Assembly: GCF_002571385.2 (NCBI RefSeq) | Contig: NW_019218140.1 | Location: 223,560 to 287,559 of the forward strand | From: Stylophora pistillata | Lineage: Eukaryota | Length of the DNA: 64,000 bases | Direction: 5' to 3' | Shown here: positions 49,501 through 60,382 of the stretch, one piece after another | Layout: each line of letters begins with the position of its first letter | Position numbering within the stretch: position 1 is the stretch's first letter | Notes under the pieces: generated by a model | Databases searched by the model: none | What the model saw: only the letters and a program-made list of their open reading frames with translations | Told to the model about the DNA's origin: nothing | Program-made: the position numbers and the translations under genes

Positions 49501-52500
49501 TCGTGCCGAATAAAAAACGAAGATGATTTCATCACGTGACAACGTACAAAGAAGAAAGCCAATAGAATTGTTTTATGAATTTCAGTGATAACTTTACTTC
49601 TTGCAGACGACTGAGTGAGCAGCTAGTAAAGTGCGGATCTTATTGAGTAACTGGAAGTAATTTCACTAATCTGTAAACAATGTAGATAATTCAAGATGTC
49701 CCACAAATACGAAGTTAACGAAAAGCAAGATTAGGTGGAAAACATTTTGTAACCTGGAGGGATGATTGAAAGCGTGGACGAATGCGCATGTACGCAGTTG
49801 AACTGAGGACCAGGAACTTCTCAGTAAATAGATTCGATCTCTCTAAAAAAGCGTATCTGTCCACAGGTAAAAGTGATCCGTTTGTGACGGTAAAGGATGG
49901 AAGTGAAGGAAGAGAGAAATATAGAACACGGACCATCACTAACACTTTGGAACCAGTGTGGAGTGAGACAGCTGTTGTAGCGATGCCTGATGTGAATGGT
50001 CTGCTCTTACTGGTGAGAAAGAGTTGGTTTGAACTCGATTTAGTCGCTTTTTCAGAATTATTCAATTTCGATTCTACAAAGACACAGAACCTGTGAATTC
50101 TTCTGTAGACTTGGGTATCAAATTTTATTTTGTTGTTTTATTTTTACATCGAGGGCTAAAATAGGAAAAACTTTGGGGCCAGTTAATTAAACGAAGTTTA
50201 GCTGTTGTTTAAAAATTAAAACCGCGTTTCAAGCCCTGTTCAATTTAGCCGAACCTTCTATCTTAACATTTATTTTTGTGAGCACTGTCAAGGGGGCCCG
50301 AAAACTAATAGTGGAAGGATATTTATTTCATTAAATCAAACCTCTTATGGAGCATCCCCGAGGCCCACTGCTTGCGAAAAATTGCGGTTTGGGTTAGACC
50401 TTGCACAAATAATCGGCCCCTTGAGTTCAACGCTTTCTTTTGCTTTTCCTCTCCCTCTCCCTTAAAAAGTAGTTAAAAAAATTTATATAAACTAAGGCAT
50501 ACTTATCAAGAAGGCAAAAAAATCATAACTCAAGAAAAATAGAAAGAATCTAAACAAAAAGGTAAGGCGCACAATATTCCGTCATCATGAGGCTTTTGCA
50601 GACGATACATCTCATCTATCTGTTTTCCAAATGGTATAACTTTTTAAAATGAGATTCGTGCAATATTTGGGACCTCTTTTAATACGACATTTTGTTTTAC
50701 CATATAATCTGAAGAGCCATTTCCCACCCAGAGGCTGCTCCAACCGTTAAAAAATGGTACCAACGATAAACTAATTTGATGATATAATTTGATAAACTAA
50801 GTATGTGCCTGAGCTAATCAACCTGCAGCTGGATGAAGAAATATCAACTGAACAAGAAAAACTGCATTACTTGCAAACATATTTTTCTAATTTTTCAGGA
50901 AGTGTGGGATAAAGACCCATTGACACAAGAGAGAATGGGACAAATAGGATTTACGACGGAGAAATTGAAAGATTTAGGAAAGGTAAAAGCAAAAGCTGAG
51001 TACAGCTTTCTCCTTATTTCAAGCTTCAAATTCTTTTCGAAATATAAATACAATATTCTCAAAATTACGCTTAGATAATAAAATATATTCAAAACCATTT
51101 TTCAAAACTGGTCGATCCCATTTCGTTTCCTAAGTAGAAGGGAGAAATTTGATTAGCGGCGGAACCATGATTCTGACTTAATATCCTTTGTCCTTTCAGT
51201 AGCATGGATCAGTTTGGGGAAGCTTTGAGTGCTCGAAACTAAAATGATAACAAACGAGAGAATACAAAGCTCAGCCGCTAGCATCCAGAGGGATTGCCCT
51301 AAAGTTTTCTAGCTACACTAGTACGAAACATTTCAGTCTTTCTATTCAAATAGATCTGAGTAATAATTGAGAGCGCCTTGACAAAGTTAACTTTTAATTC
51401 TGTCATTTGATAGCCTCCCTATGAAAAGCACTGGTACAGGCTACGAGGGGTGAAGAGTGGAGAGCTACAGCTGGCATTCAAATACACTCCTCGGCAAGTA
51501 AGGGAGATCGTGTTACTGGTGGAAATACAAATCGTAAAATAATACCAAATGTGGGCATAATCACTCGCGCAACTCATCTTAAGTCCATGGAATTAAAGTC
51601 ATTTTTGATCTTTCCTGACACTGGTAGAACAATGTTTTCATCAGCCTCAATTTTCCATTTTCGAAAAATTGGAATCGGATAAAGCTTTGAAACAAAACTG
51701 ACATTTTAGGGCTATCGTTTCTGAAATACTTGGCATTTCCTGTAATCACAGTAATCTTCTGTGTCTCTTCAAGTTTGAAATAAAAAATTCAGTTACATAC
51801 GTTACAGTTGAGAGGGATTTGGAGTCACAGAACTGGAAAATTGAATTTAATATTTTTTTTTTTGCTGCGTTTCTTTTGCAACCATGATAATTTTTAAAAT
51901 ATTTTGGAGAGGAGATATTTTTTCTAAGTTTCTCTCTGATTTTTCTAGGAGTAGTATAAGGGAAGGGAAATCAAGAAAACCGTGATACGATTCGTTGTTC
52001 ACAATGGAGGCATAAGTTTTTTTCGTTCGCGTTTTCAGTAAGCGTGGTTTTACATCGATCTAAAACGTCTACTTCGTCTACTGAAAAAACTCCTTTTTGC
52101 CTCCAAGACTGAATCAATATTCAACCAAAACTGTGTCCAATATAGGAATAGACCCACATCTGTCATACTTGTCAACTATATAAAGATGAATAATGATGAA
52201 AATACCTCATTGTAACGTTGAAGTACTAACAAATCTATTTAACAACACAACAGGCAGATGATGACGCCTCCAACAATAACATAGACAGTAATGAGCCCCG
52301 AAAGCAGAGAGGTTTGTTTCTCTGATGAATTCATTTAAAAATCAGCTTTCTAATATATTCGAAAGAAGTCTAATTCTAGTAACCTCAACTGTCACGTCCC
52401 AGTCGAACAACGCCTCATCTCGCTTTCGTTGTGATACGGACTCAGCAAGTTGTCAAACTTCCTAATTCGCAGTCATTCAACAGAGAGGCTCTCGTGAACA

Positions 52501-53478
52501 ACATCTGACAATTTTCATTTTTTACAATTTTTATTTTTCCATCTTACTCTCACAGAGAAAGATTTGCTTTCGTCGTCAGTTCCAGTTGCACTAAGTGCAA
52601 ACAGTACCTTGTCGACACCAGTGAGAATGCTTCATTCTTCGCCTAGAGAGGAAAAGAGACTGTTTACTGGTAGGAGCCCAACATCCCTTAGCGGCAGTAC
52701 TCAAGCAAAGGGAAGGAACGAAAGAAGCAAGGATGAATTCCCAGAAGTGTTCACACAGAATACGCCATCTGATTCGCAATCAAGGCAGGATCGAGAAGAG
52801 TACGAACTCAAAGCCTGGCCCCGGAAAACCCGACGCCTTCGATCAGTTGTCGACACCGTTCGATCCCTTCGGTTTAACGCGGCTCCCAGTGTTTCTGCAG
52901 CTTCTTCTAGTACGGTGAACACCTCGGGGCCAGAGGAGGGCATTGAACAAAAGCAGGATGGTAAAGATAAATCCAAGAGCTCTTCAGGCGTTCAAAAAGG
53001 CAATTCTCTTCGCAAGAAGTTCTCTTTTCTGAAGGGCCGACAGCGCAGCATCAGCGAAAGTCACCTAAGCGTGCTTTACTCATCACATGACGATATGGAC
53101 CCATTACTGAAGCGAAAAAGTGAAAATGAATCGGATGGTGGCAAAAATCGAAACAAGAAACGTCTCCGGCGAAGCAGTGAGAATATTTCTGGGTCTACCA
53201 CGCTAAGTCGCCAAAGGAGTGCCGAGAATTGCTTTCATTCTCTACCGAATAGCCCGGTCACTGTCACTTCACGCAGGGATCGGGCTGAACAGTTTGCTAA
53301 TGATAGAGACTCACGAAGTACCGCCTCTTGTGGCTCACACTCACGTGGTTCGAGTACAAATCAGGACAGTTGTCCAATGTGTGACTTTAACGTTTTAATT
53401 CTTAGTGAATGCCCTGATTGCCAGAATTCGCAGAAGAAAAAAACTAATTCTTCATTCCAAGAAAGACTGATTCTTTAG
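37513..53478 (+). CDS. Extended synaptotagmin/tricalbin-like protein, paralog B: TM hairpin - SMP - degenerate C2 - two C2 - long Ser/Arg-rich disordered tail with terminal CxxC..CxxC; ~1101 aa, 22 coding exons
   Basis: Hand-spliced GT-AG exons: 37513-37865, 40063-40148, 41002-41236, 42065-42196, 42346-42452, 43100-43174, 43723-43776, 44453-44574, 44824-44927, 45310-45467, 45801-45907, 46258-46341, 46635-46739, 48320-48446, 48935-48984, 49089-49137, 49309-49371, 49867-50012, 50899-50982, 51414-51497, 52254-52311, 52556-53478 (3306 nt, phases consistent). Motifs: ETAEWLNFLINRW, FTLGNRTPYIKYV, PMDKHGLSDPY/LDKD/SDFMG, AKDITGKSDPF/WDKD. Confidence 0.9.
42767..42860 (+). repeat. Third copy of the pLTR/minimal hammerhead-like repeat, in intron 5 of paralog B
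   Basis: CTCCGACGAAGGGCTAATGCTCGAAACGTCAGCT...TACGGTGGCCAATTTACC...ATATCCAAATTATT. Confidence 0.8.
46815..47285 (+). mobile_element. tRNA-derived SINE in an intron of paralog B
   Basis: A-box TAGCTCAATTGG and B-box GGTTCGAGCC. Body CCGGACCAACACTCAAGGTCTTAAAATAACTGAGGAG...GGACGTTAAAGAACCCAC. 3' end GCGCGATATAAAT followed by a (TTA)n tail, typical of an L2/CR1-type tail. Confidence 0.8.
47752..48122. mobile_element. MITE, same family as 10131-10456
   Basis: TAGGGACTTTAAGCA...AAAGTCCTA termini and shared internal sequence. Confidence 0.7.
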
Positions 53479-54849
53479 AAAACATATTTGTAATGTGGAT
53501 TTTTGGAGAGGCGAAAGATTATGTTAGCAAAAGTACTTAATCAGAAAAATTAGACGAGAGCCGAAAGCGAGTTGCAGAACTTGGATTAAACACATTTTGA
53601 AATTATTGAAAGCAGTTTCAACCGAAAGTGCAAAGACCAGGAACGTATTATTTAAAGATTTAGGCTAAAAAACTCCTGAAGCAATAAGTGTCTAGTGACG
53701 CTTTGAAGGACATGGGAGAAATTAATTTTTACAAGACAGAAATGTTCACGCGACTAATAAAATATCATTTTCACTCACAAGAGACCATTAAAATGCTTAA
53801 AAGATCTGTTCGGTCATCATGATCGCTAATGATTATTCACCATTAAATGTTTTTTTTTTAAATTTAAGGTAACAAATTCTCGCACGTGATTAGTCAGTTA
53901 CATGCAGTCTGAATAAGACCATGCACGCGTCATGCCTATGAAACTGAATAGTTTGTGTCATCTATGCGGACTGTGATATAGACCAGTAACTTAATTCTCT
54001 CACGCCAAAAATCAACTGACTGATTACAGTGCCATGAAACTTTTTCGCCATGGTATTGGACCTGCAAAGATGAGTTTACCTACCAACAAGAGAACAAACA
54101 TAAGTATTCGCGGAAAATTCTGCATTCTTGTTTTTCATTTGGAGTGAGTTAAACGGTAATATAGTAATAAAGTGCACAACTGCTAAACGTTAAAAATATT
54201 TCATGCAATAGATATAATGAGTGAAATACCATACAACTCAAATATATTTAGCATTAAAGCTAGCTATTGACATATTTAAGGAATTCTACGCGCTGTGTCA
54301 TTGTGCGTTCTTGTCTTATTCGAATTGTCAACATCTGTTAGAGAAAAAATTCATTTTATCTCGAGGTACTTTTATGCCTCCATTAAGAACAACGAATCGC
54401 ATCGTTTTCTTGGATTACAAAAGTACATTGGACATTTCTCTCTTCTTCTTCTTGCAGGGTAGGTTTGCTTCCCTCGCTTTTTCACTTGCAACAACAACAA
54501 CAACAACAGCAACATTTAATAAACACTATAAAAATTACAGCGGAGCTGATGCGGTCGTGTATAAAAGTTAAAAATTGAGTACTATATATATACCAAGCTA
54601 TTTAAATGAAATTCTACATTTAAGCGTATTTTTAAACAAGCTTCTGCTTGCGATTGAACGTGTATGATTTTAAAGAGAATTCCATAGAGATATGGCTTTG
54701 TAACAAGTGGACTTGAAAAGAAGTTCTGAGTTCAGCTTCGGTGGCTGAAAAAAGTCATTTTCCTTCGTAGGTTATAGTTACAATCATATTTCATAAACAG
54801 CTGCTTAACAGGTGAAAGGTCATTAAAACGGTCGTGTGCTAAAGAAAGT

Positions 54850-56100
54850 AATCTATATTCGTATAAATAATTAATGATAAACCGGTTTCTTTGGGCTAGA
54901 ACATGATCGCTAGGTTATACCAATCCAGGTTGTAGATGGTCTTAGTGGCACCTATGAGTATTTTCTCCAGCTCATCAAAGAACGATTTGCCTCAGGAGCC
55001 CCATACAACCAAACCATAGGTGACTAATGGTCAAATTACTTTGAAATAAAAATCAGCTCTCGCCGTAGTCGGTAAAAAATACAAGGACCTGAGAAAATTC
55101 AATTTTTGTGACGGTGAAGGACTTAATTAACTCTTTTACGTAAACTTTAATTTCCAATTAAGATCACTGTCAAGCTCAGCGCCTAAGCACCTAGTTGACT
55201 TGACTTGATTGACAACACTGTTCCCAATGACACTGCTCGCAAGTTGCAAGGGCCCAACAAATTATATCAGCTATATCAGGAAGATCGTTGTAAAACAACG
55301 AAAACAGGGTAGGTTCCAAAACAGATCCTTGCGGCACGCCAAACCTCGGACTGGAATCCATTCATGATTGTAACCTGAGAGCGGTCAGCTAAGTAACCCT
55401 TAATCCAGTACCATAGGTACCTCCCCCGGGCACCATAGGTCGCCCGCAATACCGACTGCTTGCAATTTTTCCAGCAGGACATAGTGAGAAATAGAGTGAT
55501 AGACCTTTCGAAAGTCTACAAAGGCGATACCAACCATTAGGTTTTTACCAAATGCCCGTCTCCAGTCTTCGATCATTTTTACCAACAAAAATTCGGTTGA
55601 GTGGGCCTTTTTATAAGCCCGCTGGTGAGGATGGCCAAGAATATGTTCCAAATGTGAGTTGTAATCGTTGTGGCTATGGCCTGTTCTATCAATTTTCCAT
55701 GGACGCATAATAGGGAAATTGGTCGATAGTTCTGTTAATCTGTTTCATTACCCCTCTTGAACACGGCCGAAACGCTAGCAGTTTTCCAAGAAGCAGGGAC
55801 TGAATTATGTTCAGCACTCATGGTGTATAGAGGTAACAATGATTGAAGCAGTTCCTTTCCTGTATATTTGAGTAGCTTCCACAAGCGTTGTTTGCTTTCA
55901 TCTTCTTGTCTGCTTTCATCTTTTTTATGCTCTCGGTAAACACCAGCATGCGATGTGGAGATATTCATTATGTAGGGAGTAACGCGGTTGATGTGAATAT
56001 CATTATTCTCTTGTCTACAGAAGGGAAGATCGCTTGCCAACTTTTCGTCAACAGTAGAAAAGTATTCATCAAGGATCTGCGCTTTCTTGTAGTCAGATGT
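54850..56100 (-). mobile_element. Highly decayed CR1/L2-type LINE reverse transcriptase fragment
   Basis: Broken frames give VPASWKTASVSAVFKRG, HQRAYKKAHSTEFLLVKMIEDW..VGIAFVDFRK..SISHYVLLEKL, WIKGYLADRSQ and KSTRCLGAELDSDLNW. Confidence 0.88.
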
Positions 56101-57089
56101 TTCAACTGATCCGTCTTAAGTCTATATACCGAGTACGGGCTGCGACGCCGAGCTGTAAGCAGCTTTTTTGATCAAGTTCCGCTCAGTGACTTATGTGCTT
56201 CTTAGACCACTTCCATCCTCATCTTATCAATCTCGACAACCCAATCTTATTGATCGTCCAAATTTTCAGAATGCGGCAAAGAAAAAAGTCGAATCTTGTA
56301 CCTTGTTACTTAAAACAGGACATACTTTTGAGCACGAAATCAAACCGCCATCTTATAATAAATTAAGCGAGTTACACTATATTTTCTCCTGCTGAACAAA
56401 TCAGCCGAAATTTTCATATTCCTCAGCTGCAGCTTGTAAATTCCTTGCCATTTCTACTTTTTCTATTTGCCTAATTTTACTCTTTTTGTTTTTCTATGTG
56501 TCAAACATATTTTTTACTCATTTAAAATGGAGTCAATCTTTTCCATTGTTAGTCATACTTTTTTTTGGTTTGTTTTTGCTTCTTTTGTGTTTTTCTAAGA
56601 AGTTTAAAGCTTCTTAGAAAGTAAGCTAAAAGACGTTTTCATTCTCGATAGATGTGTGTGGAAATACGATATTTAATATAAGATTGTGATGATAATTATT
56701 TTCGTTTTCGGCTATTATCATTATGGTTTCTGATTAGACAAAAGGTACTCAACTCAGTGGAAATAGGCTGGAGGCAGTCTGTAAAATCAAAACGACATTC
56801 GTAAAAATCTTGTTTGTATACTTATGAAGTTTCTCTGAATCTTTTATTCCTTGCCAAGTTTGTTAACATGGCGTGGATAGCGGCTTCTCAAGTGGATAAA
56901 GTTTATTCCCATTTTAAAGACTCTCCGCAGGGGTTAGCGCGAGTTCTGCAATATCCCCTAAGTTAATTTTTCTCGAATTCCAATCATTTGAAAGTGTTAT
57001 TCTAGTGGTTATTGTTTCCTTTGTTCATATTTTAACTCCTCATCGGCCTTAATTTAATTAATTGAAAAAAGTACTTCTCATAAGTATAA

Positions 57090-57595
57090 TTACTCAGTGA
57101 TTATGGAGATGCGCGGGCTCTGGTTGGTCGACGCACTGTGCCATATCTTGCTATGATCACCTCGCGCGAAGTGATTATAGCAGCAGCAAATGGCAGCAAA
57201 TGGCCTCCTCGCGTTTTTTTCAATGTTCCTCAGGAAGGGATGAACGCAACTGAAGAAAATTCAATCGCAAAGATCGCAAAAGATGTTGAGGGGTTGGCAG
57301 AACACTTTTCAAAAGAAAGATATGAAGTTTTCACTGATTATATTAAATAAATCTGTTAAAACTTCTTGCTTATCTTGATGCGAGTAATCAACACAATTGT
57401 AACAAACTATGTGCAGTACTTTCTTTATTTAAAAAAATTTACGACAGAATCTGAAAGAACATAAGCAGTTATACTTAAACGATTATTCACCTCAATCGAC
57501 CTCAGGCTCAGTCAATTTTGTTAAATAGTCCCCTCGACCTCGGCTCGGGAATCATTCAACAACATTCGCCTTCCGGCGGTGACTAATTGTTAAAT
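57090..57595. repeat. Degenerate dispersed repeat ending in a TAAACGATTATTCACC...TAATTGTTAAA hairpin; possibly a Crypton-like non-autonomous element
   Basis: Terminal hairpin is related to 36229-36348. The internal fragment FFNVPQEGMNATEENSIAKIAKD loosely resembles Crypton N-termini (weak). Confidence 0.35.
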
Positions 57596-58805
57596 GTGAA
57601 TTTTCGTACAAGGAAAATTTTTGAACAAAGTAGCTAAACGAAGTAATTACGTCTGTGTCGTTGTTTTAATTCAGATTCGCTTCAAATTCAAAGCTGAAGT
57701 CGAGTCCTCATCACACCGCAAGGACCCTCGCTAGGAATGGTATTTTTTTGATGCTGTTGGAATAGTTTCAGTCGATCGTAAATCTTATGACAAGTTACAG
57801 ACAGAAGAGTGAAAACGTGACTTGTACTGTTCGGAATCAAAACAGACACGTTTATTCCAACACGGAAAACGTAGACACACGGTAAACGACAACAACCGTT
57901 AAACAAAACCGCCGCTCGATAAATTAAAAAACTTTTCAACTCTTCTCTAAGAAAATTGCACACGTCAAAAATAAAAAGGTCCGCGTGATTTGCTTACGAT
58001 ATTATTAACCTACGTAATCACAAAGCACGCGCACGCGAGTCGCGCGCGCACAAGTTCGTTAACGTCCTCTTAACACGTACATTCCATGACCTCGTGGAAT
58101 TCTCGGGCACCAATCAGGTTTTACTATATCTTTTTTTCCGTATTACGTAATGATAGTTGATGGTGGCCGATCTTTTAATAAATGTAAAAACTTCCATTCT
58201 GGCTGTCGATCATGTCTGAGAGAAAGTCTGAGCTTATAGTCTGTCTGATTCTTGGATCCAGCCACGCTAACTGTAATACTGAGAGATTCTGGGAGGGTGT
58301 AGAAACTTGGAAAGCGCGCTCCACGGAGTGAAATTTTTTCTGACAAGAAAAATAACGCCTTAACACGCATCAAAGTCTCAACACACATTTATCCATTTTT
58401 TTCAGACACAAAACCACCAAAGCTCTAATAGTAAAGTAAAAGCAATGGCAATAACAACAACAAATTTCGACAGTTGAGAATCAATTTATTGATTTAAACC
58501 AACTGGAGTTCGCAATATCAGTGTTCCTATAACGACGATTATGAATAGAATAAATAACTACTGACAGCTCCGTTCTGTAACTCCCACAAAGCTTTTTCTT
58601 CATGCATTTAGAAGCAACTGAGAACTTTTCCGAGATATTTATCTTTTAGTTGTTGTAAGGAATTTATAACAATTACGATCGAATTACGGTAAGTCGAACC
58701 TTCAAAGCAAATTGATAAAGGTTCAAGATACTCAAATTGGGAGACAAAGGACCAGAAATACGGGAATAACGATGGTTAAATGTACTGCTTTTCTAGTCAA
58801 CCAAT

Positions 58806-58955
58806 ACTTGGCTGTGAAGCCGCGCGATGCGGTTCCAGTCGAGGCCCACAAATTGATTCTTGCTCACCATAGTGTCTCCAGTAGCTCAGTGGTTAGAGCA
58901 TCCGACTAGATCACGGAGTGTCGTGGGTTCAAGTCCGATCTGGGGCTCGGATTTT
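58806..58955 (+). repeat. Single arm of the tRNA-headed palindromic repeat family (see 62385-62790); not a canonical tRNA
   Basis: GTCTCCAGTAGCTCAGTGGTTAGAGCATCCGACTAGATCACGGAGTGTCGTGGGTTCAAGTCC has A/B boxes. The upstream 60 bp are shared with 62660-62720. Confidence 0.8.
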
Positions 58956-59598
58956 TTCTATTACACTAAATATCATTTCATCTTTACATGCTTTTCTAGT
59001 CATACATATTATGTTTTAGTCAAATATAATTATAGAGAAGTTGAGTAACAATGAAACACTAAATTACTGCAGAAAGGAAAGCGTAGCGTTAGTTGGCGAG
59101 AGGTCCGAGTTAACGAGGGTCCGAGTTATCGGGATCGAACTGTATTTTTAAATGCAAATCTCATCCTTCTCCTCCACCGCTTTAACTGAAAAAGCTCGAG
59201 AATCCCCTGAAAAGTTACTCTATGTGTTGACAGACAAATAACAAACCAACAAGTAAACGAAGTCATTTTGCGTAAACTCAATGAAGGAAGTACCTCCGAA
59301 ATGATTCACTCTGAAAACTGTAACGTATCTATAACTTAAACTAGCTTTAACTCTACCGCAAGGACAGACTATAACCAAGATTAAGTTGTTGGGACTTTCG
59401 AGTAACGGGCTCCTGCTCTTTAGGTCCCATCTTCCTCCATTCTCCAAATTCTTTCCTGCTTAGGTGCTATTGAAAGCTTTAATAACTTGATCAGAAGTGT
59501 CATTAGTATGAATTGCGGCGATCTTTTAGCTCCAGATAGCTAATTGCATTATGCAATATTTTCACTGAAATGGCTGTATGATATCTTAAGACTGGTAA

Positions 59599-59867
59599 CA
59601 GAGGCGGATCCAGGAATTTTTTATTGGGGGGTCCAAACTTTGGTTCAGAAAGGACTGTTGGACTCTTTTGAGGCAAATAACTTCTCCCCCACACCCCCTC
59701 CCACCACTCGCGGTGGCACGTTTACTTGGATTCATTAAAAAAAATCAGCCAGTTAAAAAGTGATATACAATCCTGTCGATGTAGGAGTTTCAGTCTCAAA
59801 GTTGTAAGCGTCAGGTCTGGTAGGGGGGATCCGGATTCCCCGGACCTTCCCCCTGGATCCGCTACTG
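59599..59867. mobile_element. MITE with CAG(A/T)GGCGGATCC...GGATCCGCTACTG termini
   Basis: Terminal inverted repeats are present, with GGTAA on both flanks (59594-59598 and 59868-59872) as a possible TSD. Confidence 0.7.
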
Positions 59868-60382
59868 GGTAACGCTCTTTGGAGTCTCATCGCAATATTT
59901 AGAGAAGTCGCTATGCGTTGAAGTGTACCAGATTCTTGTGATGATATGGAAAAGTTTATCAATCAGTGCAAAATCTCACACTAAAAAGATGTGACTTTTA
60001 AAGATGCTTTGGATAGACTCTTGTTTATGAAATGAACATAGAACACCTGCGCGTGTAAATAGTCAGACACAATGTCAGATGGATTGTTCAGTGCACATCC
60101 AGAAAAACAACCAAACATATACATTTTGTCGGAGAAGAGCTACAAATTAACCTAAGCTAGCATACTGTTACCAAATTTTTTATTTAAAAACCTGAATTCA
60201 AAAACAAACTATTTTAAAACCAAAGGCCGTACTGATTTATCTACACCTTAAAGCTTGTAGTAAAAAGAATCTAAATAATGAAAAAAAGATAATTCAACTA
60301 TAAATTTTGGAAAAAAAAAAACAACAACCAGCCTCTGAACAGTATGACCACCACAGCTGAGTAAAGTACTGCCATGTGCATT

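Noticed and set aside
58871-58948. Functional tRNA gene (also 62720-62785 and 46815-46890)
   Set aside because: Irregular anticodon arm and weak acceptor stem, embedded in multi-copy repeat flanks. These are tRNA-derived repeats.
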